Assembly: GCA_964487135.1 (NCBI GenBank)
Contig: CAZAOU010000002.1
Location: forward strand, 934 to 64,933
Reading direction: 5' to 3'
Origin: an uncultured Candidatus Saccharibacteria bacterium
GTDB lineage: Bacteria; Patescibacteriota; Minisyncoccia; Phycocordibacterales; CAIRYW01
DNA length: 64,000 nucleotides
In this document: positions 37,784-47,327 of the stretch, in pieces
How the letters are laid out: each line of letters starts with the position of its first letter
Numbering within the stretch: the first letter of the stretch is position 1
Made by a program: the position numbers and the translations under genes
Notes under the pieces: model-generated
Database searches by the model: none
The model's input: the letters and a program-made list of their open reading frames with translations, nothing else
What the model was told of the DNA's origin: nothing

Positions 37784-39244
37784 TTAGGATTTTAGTCTCA
37801 TTAAAGGAAATATTTGAGCTTCTCTAATGGATTTTTCTGAAAGCAATGAAAACAACCTTTCACTAACCCCAAACCCAAATGCTGGCGGCATTCCATGCTC
37901 AAGTGCTTCAATAAAACTATCGTCCTTCATATGTGCCTCATCATCACCCCCATCACGCAAAGATTCTTGATAAGAAAATCTGTCCGCTTGATCTATTGGA
38001 TCATTAAGTTCACTAAAGCCCTTACCCATTTCAGAACCTCCTAAAATTATTTGGAAACGTTCAACCACTCGTGAATCTTTTTCTGATTTTTTTGCTAGAG
38101 GTTCCATATATACCGGCACATTTATTAAAAATCCTGGACCAATGATTTTTTTACGACAAACTTTCCAAAGCAAATCCGTTCCTCTTTCTTTGTTTATATT
38201 TTTTGAATCAAATTCAATTTTATTTTCTTTTAGAGTTTCTATAATCTGTTTTTCTGATGACTCCAAAACATCAATATTAAATTCCTTTTTTACTATATCA
38301 ACATAATTATAAACCACCCAATCAGAAGCTAAATCAACATCCTGACCATTTATATTAAAAACAGTTTTGCCAAATGTTTCTTTAGCAACATACACATAGA
38401 GATCACGGACCATATCCATTCCTTTTTTATAATCGCTGTATGCTTCGTAAAATTCTATTTGAGTATAATCCTGTGCGTGTTCGTGCGAAATTCCTTCATT
38501 TCTAAAAATTCTTCCTATTTCAAAAACTTTAGGAAAGCCTGCAACAAGAAGTTTCTTCTGCCAAAGTTCTCCGCAAGAAATTCGAAGATATACATCAATG
38601 TCTAATGCATTGTGGTGAGTAATAAAAGGTCTAGCATCCGCTCCTCCAGTCGTAGTTTCAAGAACCGGAGTTTCAACCTCTATATAGTCTCTTTTTAACA
38701 AGAAATTTCTAAATGCGTTCCAAAACTTAGACCTTCTTTGGATACTTTCTCTTACAGATTCATTTAAAATAATATCTATATATCTTTTTCTAAATATTTC
38801 ATCTTCATCTTTAAGTCCATACCAAGAATCTGGCAAAGGCAGAAGAGATTTTGAAAGAATTTTCCAATCCGAGACTTTTATTGTCTGCTGTCCTGATTTT
38901 GTAACAAAAACAGAACCATTTACTTCAACAAAATCCGCAGTATCAATCACTTCTCTCCAAAAATCAAAAGATGATTCGTCCATTTCGTCTTTTTTAAGGA
39001 GTCCTTGCATCCGAGCGGTGCCATCAAAAAAATCAAAAAAGATGAGCCCACCTTGACCTCTCTGCGACAACACCCTACCAACCAGGGTGATTTTTTCTTC
39101 TGATTTAGATAAAGAATCAAAATCTTTTAAAGCTTCAGATATATAATGAGTTTTTGCAGTTAAATTAGGGTAAGGATTAATACCTTTATCCTTAATTTTC
39201 TGTAGTTTTTCTAATCTAACATTTCTTATTTCTTCAAGTGACAT
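37784..39244 (-). CDS. lysS: lysyl-tRNA synthetase (class II)
   Basis: OB-fold N-domain, motif 2 'FRNEGISHEHAQDYTQIEFY', motif 3 'GMPPAFGFGVSERL'. Confidence 0.9.
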   Translation of the reverse strand: MSLEEIRNVRLEKLQKIKDKGINPYPNLTAKTHYISEALKDFDSLSKSEEKITLVGRVLSQRGQGGLIFFDFFDGTARMQGLLKKDEMDESSFDFWREVIDTADFVEVNGSVFVTKSGQQTIKVSDWKILSKSLLPLPDSWYGLKDEDEIFRKRYIDIILNESVRESIQRRSKFWNAFRNFLLKRDYIEVETPVLETTTGGADARPFITHHNALDIDVYLRISCGELWQKKLLVAGFPKVFEIGRIFRNEGISHEHAQDYTQIEFYEAYSDYKKGMDMVRDLYVYVAKETFGKTVFNINGQDVDLASDWVVYNYVDIVKKEFNIDVLESSEKQIIETLKENKIEFDSKNINKERGTDLLWKVCRKKIIGPGFLINVPVYMEPLAKKSEKDSRVVERFQIILGGSEMGKGFSELNDPIDQADRFSYQESLRDGGDDEAHMKDDSFIEALEHGMPPAFGFGVSERLFSLLSEKSIREAQIFPLMRLKS

Positions 39245-39275
39245 GTGACAATGATACTAAAATTATCAGAAAAAA

Positions 39276-39312
39276 CAAAAAAGCCCCGCCAGCTATGCAG
39301 CTGGCGGGGCAA
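39276..39312. terminator. intrinsic terminator (gccccgccagctatgcagctggcggggc)
   Basis: 12-bp GC-rich perfect stem flanked by A/T runs, between greA and lysS. Confidence 0.6.
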
Positions 39313-39321
39313 AAATAAATT

Positions 39322-39789
39322 TTATTTAACTTCAGTAATTTTATAACCAACCTTACCTGCCGGAGTTTTAAGTTCTACCCTCTCTCCCTTAGATTTACCT
39401 ATAAGGGCAATCCCCACTGGAGACTCATTAGAAATTTTACCCGTTGCAATGTCTGCCTCCTCACTTCCTACAATCTGATATGTTTTTTTTGTTTTGTCTG
39501 ACTCTTTTTCAATAGTCACCACAGCACCAATACCAACAACACCCCCATGATGTTCTGGAAGAAATTCTACATTGGACAAAATCTGTTCTAATTTATTTAT
39601 TCTTTCCTCAACTTCTGCTTGTTTTTCTCTAGCTTCTTGATACTCAGCATTTTCAGAAAGATCACCCATACTTTTTGCATATTCAAGATTGTCAGCAATT
39701 TCTCTTCGCTTTATTTTTTTCAAATAATCTAACTCTGCAGTTAATTCTTTGTGTTTTTCTTTTGTAAGATATTCTTTTGTTTCAGCCAT
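39322..39789 (-). CDS. greA: transcription elongation factor GreA
   Basis: 'LTKEKHKELTAELDYLK...MGDLSENAEYQEAREKQ' coiled-coil plus FKBP-like C-domain; start at internal Met 39789. Confidence 0.85.
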   Translation of the reverse strand: MAETKEYLTKEKHKELTAELDYLKKIKRREIADNLEYAKSMGDLSENAEYQEAREKQAEVEERINKLEQILSNVEFLPEHHGGVVGIGAVVTIEKESDKTKKTYQIVGSEEADIATGKISNESPVGIALIGKSKGERVELKTPAGKVGYKITEVK

Positions 39790-39870
39790 TATATTTATGG
39801 AAAGGCTTAAAAATGCGTCTCGAAACGCGCCCAAATTGTATAAATATGGAAGCAATAAGTCAATGAGACT

Positions 39871-41568
39871 CTAGTTAGTATTGACTAACTCCTTTTTATC
39901 TGTTGTTATCCAATTTAACACAGACCCCATAACTCTCATAGCACTGACTTTATATGTTGGTGGTCCCTGCTCTAAAACAACGGCAAAGGTATATTTTGGA
40001 TTTTCGTATGGAAAAAATCCTTCAACCCAAGAATTTACATACTGTTTCCTTGCACCCACTTCTGCGGTTCCAGTTTTTGCAGCGACAGTAAGTCCTGGAA
40101 TGAGTAAAGCTCCGGCGGTTCCGTTAGTGACGGCCAATCTCATACCTTCATGAACAATATTATATTTAGCTTCATCAATTTTTGGTAATTCAGATATTTG
40201 TCCTTGTTCATCTTTTCTTATAACTGGTTCAACGATTTTACCTTTGTTCGCTATTCCTGTCATCGCTCTTGCTATCTGAAGTGGAGTAACCTGAAAACCG
40301 TATTGCCCAATTGAAGTATGATATGTATTTCCCAGAGTCCATTCCTCTCCATTAAAAGTTTCTTTTTTCCATTCTGGTGTTGGAATATTTCCTGAAGGAC
40401 CAGATAACGCCCCCGTAGTAGGAATTCCTAGTTTAAACAGTGTAAAATATTTATCTAATTTTGTAATTCCTAAACCTTTTTGATCTGCATACCCTCCACC
40501 GACTGCATAAAAATAAACATCAGATGACACAGCTAACGCCTCTCTCATATCTGTAAAGCCGTGAACTTTCCAGTCCTTAAAAATACTTTTTTTGGAAGGA
40601 TCGTAAGGATTTGGAATAGATATTGATCCCTTACTTTCTATTTTTTTATTTGGACTTATTATGTTTTCTTCTAATACACCAACTGAAATATATGGCTTTA
40701 CAATAGAGCCCGGGGCATAAAGACCCGATATTGCTCTATCAAGTGAGGGTTTTCTCTTGCTATTAAAATAAAAATTTATAAGAGAACTGTCTTTTCCCTC
40801 TGTTAGGACAGAAGATTTATATTCAGGATAAGAAGAAATTGCTAAAACCTCACCTGTTTTTGCATCCATAATGACACCTGCACCACCCTCAAATCCCGAT
40901 TCATCAACTGCATAAGATAAAAAATGATAAAGTCTTTCCTGTAAAGATGCATCAATAGACAACGAAAGTTTTTCTCCTGAAATTGGTTCTTCAAGAATAC
41001 TTTGAGACTCCACCTCTCCTGTCGCATTTACTTCTGTAAGCTTTACTCCATTAGTTCCTGAGAGAATTTCATCAAAATATTTTTCCAAACCATCCTGACC
41101 GTTTATTTTAGTCTCATAAAAAAATCCTGAAGAATCTTTTCTTGGATATTTCACGAAACCAAGCAAAGTTCCGAAGCCACTTTGTTCAATATATCGGCGC
41201 ACCGGAAAAACAGAATCGGCAGACAATTCATTCCAAGATAAAGGAATATCGTTTCTATCCGTTATTACTCCCCTATGAGCAAATACAATATCTTTTCGAA
41301 GGAGATTATTTTTACTTTTTTCGCTATAAAAATTTGCTTTAACTATTTGTAAATCTACCGCCCTGTAAATAAACATTAAAATAATTATCAAAAACAAAAT
41401 ACCCCCTATTAAAAAGGGTTTGGATCCTATCGGCTTTTCTATTCGACCCTCAAATTGATATTTATCATAAGATGGAATATTTGTGGCATCCAAAAATACT
41501 TCATCTGGATCGATAGATTTAATCTTGTGAGAGCGATTATAAAAAAAGTTTTTTATGAAAAAAAACAT
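39871..41568 (-). CDS. mrdA: penicillin-binding protein 2 (class B, elongation-type)
   Basis: SxxK 'SIVKP', SxD 'SSDVYF', KTG 'KTGTAEV'; follows mreBC(D). Confidence 0.8.
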   Translation of the reverse strand: MFFFIKNFFYNRSHKIKSIDPDEVFLDATNIPSYDKYQFEGRIEKPIGSKPFLIGGILFLIIILMFIYRAVDLQIVKANFYSEKSKNNLLRKDIVFAHRGVITDRNDIPLSWNELSADSVFPVRRYIEQSGFGTLLGFVKYPRKDSSGFFYETKINGQDGLEKYFDEILSGTNGVKLTEVNATGEVESQSILEEPISGEKLSLSIDASLQERLYHFLSYAVDESGFEGGAGVIMDAKTGEVLAISSYPEYKSSVLTEGKDSSLINFYFNSKRKPSLDRAISGLYAPGSIVKPYISVGVLEENIISPNKKIESKGSISIPNPYDPSKKSIFKDWKVHGFTDMREALAVSSDVYFYAVGGGYADQKGLGITKLDKYFTLFKLGIPTTGALSGPSGNIPTPEWKKETFNGEEWTLGNTYHTSIGQYGFQVTPLQIARAMTGIANKGKIVEPVIRKDEQGQISELPKIDEAKYNIVHEGMRLAVTNGTAGALLIPGLTVAAKTGTAEVGARKQYVNSWVEGFFPYENPKYTFAVVLEQGPPTYKVSAMRVMGSVLNWITTDKKELVNTN

Positions 41569-41810
41569 TATTCAATTCTAAACGAAGTCTTAACAATATG
41601 CGATACCAAATAGATAACAATGCTCGCAACAATTATATAAAAATACGAAAACAAATCTCCCTTGGAAAAGGCGCTGACCCATAAAGGGGCCCAAATAAAT
41701 ATTTCCAAAAAATCCCAAGTAAAAGCACATCCTATAATTATTATTGGCGCCACATACCACGGACACAAAAATACTGATATCAAAATTGCAATGTTAGCAA
41801 AAATTCTCAT
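41568..41810 (-). CDS. small membrane protein in the mreD position (possible minimal MreD)
   Basis: 80 aa, 3 TM helices, between mreC and pbp2. Confidence 0.35.
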   Translation of the reverse strand: MRIFANIAILISVFLCPWYVAPIIIIGCAFTWDFLEIFIWAPLWVSAFSKGDLFSYFYIIVASIVIYLVSHIVKTSFRIE

Positions 41811-42571
41811 TTTATAATTGAGTGGGAAACGATAACATTCTCAATTTCAAAAGGATTGACCAAAGGCCTTACAATTAATCTTTTTAAAGTATCAGACTCT
41901 TTTTCTATAATCCTTTCAACCTTACCAGCAATACTTTTGTTATCTTGAAAAATTACCCCTTCGCCAACCGATACATTAACAGCAATAGGCACATAACTTT
42001 CATATACACCACCACCAATACCTTTAAGCTCTATAGGCACACGAGAAATTGATAGTCTGGCCTTTGATAATTTATCGTTAGTTGTTAACAATTCCACCTG
42101 AGAAAATTTATCGGAAACTTTTGATATAAAACCAATGGTAGTTGAAGAAAACAAAACATGATCACCGGATAAAACCCCATCAAGTGATCCTTTGTCTATA
42201 AAAAGAATATCGTAGGGTGTGTATCCGGGGTTACCTAAAATATAAGCATTCAAAAAACCTTTAGAATTTTCTGTGTCTGAATTATTTTCTTGGTTAATTA
42301 ACTTATACTCTGACAACATAGTTTGAAGTGATATCACTTCTTGTTTTAGTTTATTATTTTCTTCTTGAAGAAAATGTTTAGTAGTAAAAATATCTAAAAA
42401 TGGCATAGAAAAAAAAGACTGCCGAACAGAAAGTTTTAAAGAATTTATTGGATTATAAATAAAATAAAATATTGCTGATACAAAAATCGCAATGAGTACA
42501 ATAAAACCCGATTTCAAAAAAAATCTATTCTGACTTTCCTTTTTTTTTCTAGCGGACGAAAGGTAAATCAT
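41807..42571 (-). CDS. mreC: rod shape-determining protein MreC
   Basis: N-terminal TM, coiled coil, beta-rich C-domain; follows mreB. Confidence 0.7.
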   Translation of the reverse strand: MIYLSSARKKKESQNRFFLKSGFIVLIAIFVSAIFYFIYNPINSLKLSVRQSFFSMPFLDIFTTKHFLQEENNKLKQEVISLQTMLSEYKLINQENNSDTENSKGFLNAYILGNPGYTPYDILFIDKGSLDGVLSGDHVLFSSTTIGFISKVSDKFSQVELLTTNDKLSKARLSISRVPIELKGIGGGVYESYVPIAVNVSVGEGVIFQDNKSIAGKVERIIEKESDTLKRLIVRPLVNPFEIENVIVSHSIIK

Positions 42572-43610
42572 CTTCGTTATCTATAAGAGCATCCTTAAAT
42601 TCGTCTAGGCTTGATAAAATTATGCCAGCACCCCTAGCCACCGCGGTAAGAGGTTCATCTGAAATATAAACAGGAATTTTTAAACTCTCCTCTAATAATT
42701 CCTTAAGACCTCTAAGCAAAGCACCTCCACCTATTAAATGTATTCCTTTATACATAATATCGGAAACAACTTCAGGTGGTGTAATTTCTATAACCTCTTT
42801 TATGGACTCTATCAGTGTATCAATCGATAACCCGATTGCCTCTCTTACATCAGAATCTGTAATAACAACTTCTCTTGGTAATCCGGTAACCAAATCTCTA
42901 CCTCGCACAGGCATTTCCAGACTTTCTTGACCTGGAGTTACATTTCCGATGCCAATTTTTATTTCTTCTGCAGTTTTTTCACCAATTAAAATTTTAAATT
43001 CGTTCCTTAAATAAGAAACAATGTCGTTGGATAATCTATCGCCAGCAATTTTAATGTTTCTTGAATGAACAATTCCTCCAAGAGATATGACAGCAACATC
43101 AGTTGTTCCTCCTCCAATATCAACAATCATATTTCCAACCGGATCATGAATAGGCAAACCAATTCCAATTGCTCCAGCCATCGGCTCTTCAACAATAAAG
43201 ACATCGCGCGCTCCAGCATTTTTTGCAGCATCCCTTACCGCCCTTCTTTCAACGTTTGTAATTCCAGACGGTACCCCAACAACAACACGCGGACCAAGCC
43301 ATTTTTTTCTATTTTCTGTTGCCTTCTTTATCAAATAAGAAAGCATTTCTTCACAAACTTCAAAATCAGAAATTACCCCATCAACAATGGGCCTGACCGC
43401 AACAATATGCCCCGGAGTCCTTCCAAGCATATCTTTAGCTGATGCCCCAACAGCAACTACCTGACCAGTCTTTTGATTTACAGCAACAACAGAAGGTTCA
43501 TTTATTACAATACCTTCACCCTTAACCCAGACTAAAGTATTTGCGGTCCCGAGGTCAATACCAACATCTTCAGAAAATAATGAAAAAAATTTTTCTTTAA
43601 GAGTTGACAT
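42549..43610 (-). CDS. mreB: rod shape-determining protein MreB
   Basis: 'GIDLGTANTLVWVKGEGIVINEPSVVAV', actin-fold phosphate/adenosine motifs. Confidence 0.9.
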   Translation of the reverse strand: MSTLKEKFFSLFSEDVGIDLGTANTLVWVKGEGIVINEPSVVAVNQKTGQVVAVGASAKDMLGRTPGHIVAVRPIVDGVISDFEVCEEMLSYLIKKATENRKKWLGPRVVVGVPSGITNVERRAVRDAAKNAGARDVFIVEEPMAGAIGIGLPIHDPVGNMIVDIGGGTTDVAVISLGGIVHSRNIKIAGDRLSNDIVSYLRNEFKILIGEKTAEEIKIGIGNVTPGQESLEMPVRGRDLVTGLPREVVITDSDVREAIGLSIDTLIESIKEVIEITPPEVVSDIMYKGIHLIGGGALLRGLKELLEESLKIPVYISDEPLTAVARGAGIILSSLDEFKDALIDNEDDLPFVR

Positions 43611-44850
43611 GTTTTTTTATAATCTGCTCTAAAGATAACTTTTCTTCTTGTTTAGAAATTCTGTCGCTATACTCAAACACCTCTTCCTCAGCACTTTTTT
43701 TACCTACAACAATTCTTACAGGAATCCCAATTAGATCAGCGTCCGCAAATTTCTCTCCCGCCCTACTTTCCCTATCGTCATAAAGAACATCTGTATATTT
43801 TGATAATTCATTAAAAGCTTTTTCGGCAACACTTTTTGTTTTCTCATCATCTCCAATAGCAATTAAATGTATAGAAAATGGAGAAATCTCATTTGGCCAA
43901 AACATTTCTTTTTCTGTAGCACAAACCTCCACCACTGTTCCCAGAAGTCTTGTTATTCCTATTCCGTAACTTCCCATAATTACAGGATTACTCTGACCCT
44001 TATCATCTTTAAACATCAAACCTAGGGGTTTAGAATAAAAAGTTCCTAATTTATAGATATTACCAACCTCTATGGCCTTTTCTTGAACTAATTCACTTTC
44101 TGATACACCAAGCTCCTTAAGAGTCTCCTCATTTAAAACTTCTTTGTTAATAGCAATATTTTTTTGTTTGTGAATATAAATTGTGTCTTCACCAGAAGAA
44201 GTAATAGTTTGAAACTCGTGAGAATACTTAGTGCCAAAAGTTCCACCACTAGCCAAAGTTAAATAGGTTTTTCCACCAAGACCAACGCGCTCAAATATTT
44301 TATTGTAAGCATCTATTGATTTGTCATAAAAAGAATTTAATTCTTCTTCCGTTTTTGAAAAAGAATATAAATCTTTCATCAAAAATTCTCTTCCTCTAAG
44401 AATTCCACTTTTTGCCCTAAGTTCATTTCTAAATTTAGTTTGAAATTGATAAGGATATACAGGCAAATCTCTGTATGAAGAAATATATTCTTTCATAATT
44501 TCAGCAAGAATCGCCTCATGAGTGTAAGCAAGACCAAGCTCTGTTCCGTTTTTTAGTTTCGTCTTAAACCAATTATCAACAACTTCGTCATCCCATCTGC
44601 CAGTTTTTTCCCAAACAGTTTTTTCTTGAAGTGCTGTAAGTTTTATTTCCTGTCCTTCAATTTTATTCATCTCTTCCCTAACAATATTTTTTATTTTTTC
44701 AACAACTCTTAGTCCAAGTGGTAATAGAGAATAAACTCCCGCAAGATCTTTATGAATAAAACCTCCTCTAATCAAAACAGATGCATTTTTTGCCACTTCA
44801 TCTGAAGGACTTTCAAATCTAGTTTTTGTAAAAAGTTGTGATTGACGCAT
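43597..44850 (-). CDS. proS: prolyl-tRNA synthetase (short form, no editing insertion)
   Basis: 'MRQSQLFTKTRFESPSDEV...GLRVVEKIKNIVREEM', motif 2 'FRNELRAKSGILRGREFLMKDLYSF'. Confidence 0.85.
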   Translation of the reverse strand: MRQSQLFTKTRFESPSDEVAKNASVLIRGGFIHKDLAGVYSLLPLGLRVVEKIKNIVREEMNKIEGQEIKLTALQEKTVWEKTGRWDDEVVDNWFKTKLKNGTELGLAYTHEAILAEIMKEYISSYRDLPVYPYQFQTKFRNELRAKSGILRGREFLMKDLYSFSKTEEELNSFYDKSIDAYNKIFERVGLGGKTYLTLASGGTFGTKYSHEFQTITSSGEDTIYIHKQKNIAINKEVLNEETLKELGVSESELVQEKAIEVGNIYKLGTFYSKPLGLMFKDDKGQSNPVIMGSYGIGITRLLGTVVEVCATEKEMFWPNEISPFSIHLIAIGDDEKTKSVAEKAFNELSKYTDVLYDDRESRAGEKFADADLIGIPVRIVVGKKSAEEEVFEYSDRISKQEEKLSLEQIIKKHVNS

Positions 44851-44948
44851 ATTTAGTCAAGCTATTTTACTATAAAGAAAAAACTATCGTACTTTGACAA
44901 TAAACAAAAATTATGATATAATGCAACAATCTTAAAGCACCCCCCCTC

Positions 44949-46019
44949 CTACTTATGTAAAAGCTTAGACAAGTCAGAACTTGTAATTGCAATCATAAAA
45001 AAGATTAACAAAATAAAACCAACTGCATTTATAGCTGTAACCACTTTAGAAGATATTGAGCGACGAATTATTGCCTCAATTGCAACAATCAGAAGTCTTC
45101 CCCCATCAAGAGCTGGAAAAGGAATTAAATTTATTACAGCAAGATTAAGTGAAATTAAAGCAGCAAAAGAAAGTAGATATCCTCCCCCAAATTTTGAGGC
45201 ATCTCCAACCAAACCAACAATACCAACAGGCCCTGCAACTTGACTTAGGTCGGCTTTAGCAATGATTGCTCTAGATAAAAACTTAGCAATATCTTTTGTT
45301 GTCTGAATAAACCCGATATATGTTGTTTTTAACCCTTCATAAATTGCTAAGTGAATTGGTAATTTTTTTATTGAAATTAGAGCCATTTGAATTCCAATCA
45401 TGTAATCATTAGACGAAGTTTTTTCTGCAGAAATTATTTTTTCTTCATCAACGCCTTTATGTGAGACAACAACTTTTAGGGGTTTTCCAAAAGATTTAGA
45501 CACAGCACTTCTTACAACATCAGGAGAAATATCGCTATTAACCTGATCAATTTGTTTTATAAAATCTCCAGCAACAATTCCAGCTTTTTCTGCTGGAGAT
45601 CCAGCTGTTACGGCGGTTATGACCAAACTTGCATCTTTTGTAGAAGAAGCATCTGTTGGTGTTCCAAAATACAAAGCAACCGAAAACAACACCCATGCAA
45701 ATAAAATATTAAAAACAATACCTGCAACCAAAACTATTGCTTGAGAAAGTTTAGACCGAGAAGAAAAACTCCTAGAAGAATCCAAACCACCTTCCACCTC
45801 CTCTCCCGGATTTTCACCAAAAATTTTTACATACCCACCAAAAGGTATCAGATTTATTGCGTATATTGTTTCGCCTTTTTTCCAAGAAAAAATTTTAGGC
45901 GGAAAACCTATTGCAAACTCATCCACCCTCATCCCTGTTTTTTTTGCAGCCAAAAAGTGACCTAACTCATGAACAAATACAAGTGCAGTAATTATTACAA
46001 TAAAAATAATGACGGACAT
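44949..46019 (-). CDS. rseP: RIP metalloprotease RseP (site-2 protease, PDZ)
   Basis: 'FVHELGHFLAAK' HExxH, PDZ domain, C-terminal LDG motif 'FPALDGGRL'. Confidence 0.85.
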   Translation of the reverse strand: MSVIIFIVIITALVFVHELGHFLAAKKTGMRVDEFAIGFPPKIFSWKKGETIYAINLIPFGGYVKIFGENPGEEVEGGLDSSRSFSSRSKLSQAIVLVAGIVFNILFAWVLFSVALYFGTPTDASSTKDASLVITAVTAGSPAEKAGIVAGDFIKQIDQVNSDISPDVVRSAVSKSFGKPLKVVVSHKGVDEEKIISAEKTSSNDYMIGIQMALISIKKLPIHLAIYEGLKTTYIGFIQTTKDIAKFLSRAIIAKADLSQVAGPVGIVGLVGDASKFGGGYLLSFAALISLNLAVINLIPFPALDGGRLLIVAIEAIIRRSISSKVVTAINAVGFILLIFFMIAITSSDLSKLLHK

Positions 46020-46022
46020 AAA

Positions 46023-46583
46023 TTAACCTCCGAGAATTTCGGCCTCTTTCTTTTTGTAATGATTATCAAAAGACTCATTTGCTTCTTTTATTGTTTTTTC
46101 TACTTCGTTTTTTTCGCGCATCATCTGATCTTCACTCATAACACCTTCTTTCTTTTTCTTTTCCAGAACATCAATAATTTTGTTTCTATCTTGTCTTAGA
46201 CGAACTTTTGCCTCCTCAAGTTTTTGTTTGGCAACTTTTACAAATTGAGTTCTACTTTCAGTTGTTAATGGAGGAAAAGAAACCCTAACCCCCTTCTCAT
46301 CAGAAGAAACAGATACTCCAGTGTTGGATATCATTATTGCTTTCTCAATTGCCTTTATATTTGAAGAATCCCAAGGAGCAATTCTCAAAGTTTTAGGATC
46401 TTCTAAAGAAATACTAGCAACCTCATTAATTTTTACTTGGTTACCATACGCTTCAACCCTTATATCATCAAGCATTTGTGGAGTAGCTCGGCCCGTTCTA
46501 ATTGTCCCAAATTCTTTGGAAAGCCATTCGTTTATTTGTTTTACAGATTGTGTAATTTCTTGTGTTGATGCCATATGCCCCAT
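46023..46583 (-). CDS. frr: ribosome recycling factor
   Basis: 'LDDIRVEAYGNQVKINEVASISLEDPKTLRIAPWD' canonical RRF. Confidence 0.9.
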   Translation of the reverse strand: MGHMASTQEITQSVKQINEWLSKEFGTIRTGRATPQMLDDIRVEAYGNQVKINEVASISLEDPKTLRIAPWDSSNIKAIEKAIMISNTGVSVSSDEKGVRVSFPPLTTESRTQFVKVAKQKLEEAKVRLRQDRNKIIDVLEKKKKEGVMSEDQMMREKNEVEKTIKEANESFDNHYKKKEAEILGG

Positions 46584-46595
46584 TATACCAAAGCA

Positions 46596-47270
46596 TTACG
46601 AAAGAGCGACTAATGATAAAAGTTGTTTTACGGAAGCAGAGTGAGAGGGTAAATAATTTAATGCAACCGCAATACTTTCTAAACTTTTTGTATTTTTTGA
46701 AACATCTTTTAATAATTCTTCATGCAAAGCCATTAAAAAATCTTCTACCTCCTCTTTTGAAATTTCTTCATTTTTATATTTATCTGCCATAGATTCAGCG
46801 TAAGAATTTTTCTTTCCAATTGATAATCTTAAAAAAGATTCTGCCTCTTTTTGAAATTTATTTTTTTGGTCTATTTTAATTTCTCGGCTTTCAACCATTC
46901 TAGAAAAAAGAGTAGGAAGTAATATATTTCTTGGGGCTAAAACATAAAAACAAACAGACTCCGATGGTTCTTCAAAAGTTTTTAGAAGAGCATTTTGAGA
47001 TATTGAATCTGCACTCCAAAAAGAAACTAGGATATGTAATTGTGACTCTTTTACTGGAACAGAAAGTGTTCTTTCTTTTATTAATCTGGCATCTTCAATA
47101 AGCAATTTATCGTATTCAAATACTAAAACATCTGGGTTAGCTGAAATTGAAGACGATAGTTTTGTTTCAATAAAATCTTTTAGTTTATCTAAAGATACAT
47201 TTTTTCTTTCAAAAAATAATGCGTGGTGATTTATGGTGGATAGTGGATAGTGAATAGTGGATAGTGACAT
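46596..47270 (-). CDS. minimal DNA polymerase III delta'-like clamp-loader subunit (HolB-like)
   Basis: 'NALLKTFEEPSESVCFYVLAPRNILLPTLFSRM' matches the clamp-loader sensor-1/SRC block; degenerate P-loop region 'HHALFFERKN'; no Zn module. Confidence 0.55.
   Translation of the reverse strand: MSLSTIHYPLSTINHHALFFERKNVSLDKLKDFIETKLSSSISANPDVLVFEYDKLLIEDARLIKERTLSVPVKESQLHILVSFWSADSISQNALLKTFEEPSESVCFYVLAPRNILLPTLFSRMVESREIKIDQKNKFQKEAESFLRLSIGKKNSYAESMADKYKNEEISKEEVEDFLMALHEELLKDVSKNTKSLESIAVALNYLPSHSASVKQLLSLVALS
47229..47266 (-). repeat. tandem DnaA-box-like repeats (CACTATCCACT x3 plus a variant) overlapping the holB-like start
   Basis: + strand 'ggtggatagtggatagtgaatagtggatagtgac'; on the gene strand it reads atgTCACTATCCACTATTCACTATCCACTATCCACC. 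Confidence 0.5.
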
Positions 47271-47327
47271 AAAAATTATTTAAGTTCCATATTTTTTTCT
47301 ATACACCATCAACCATTAACTTCTTTA

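Noticed and set aside
25044-47266. The DnaA-box-like cluster as the chromosomal origin (oriC)
   Set aside because: No dnaA, dnaN or AT-rich unwinding element adjacent. The motifs sit in promoters and a gene start at three separate loci rather than in one dense cluster.
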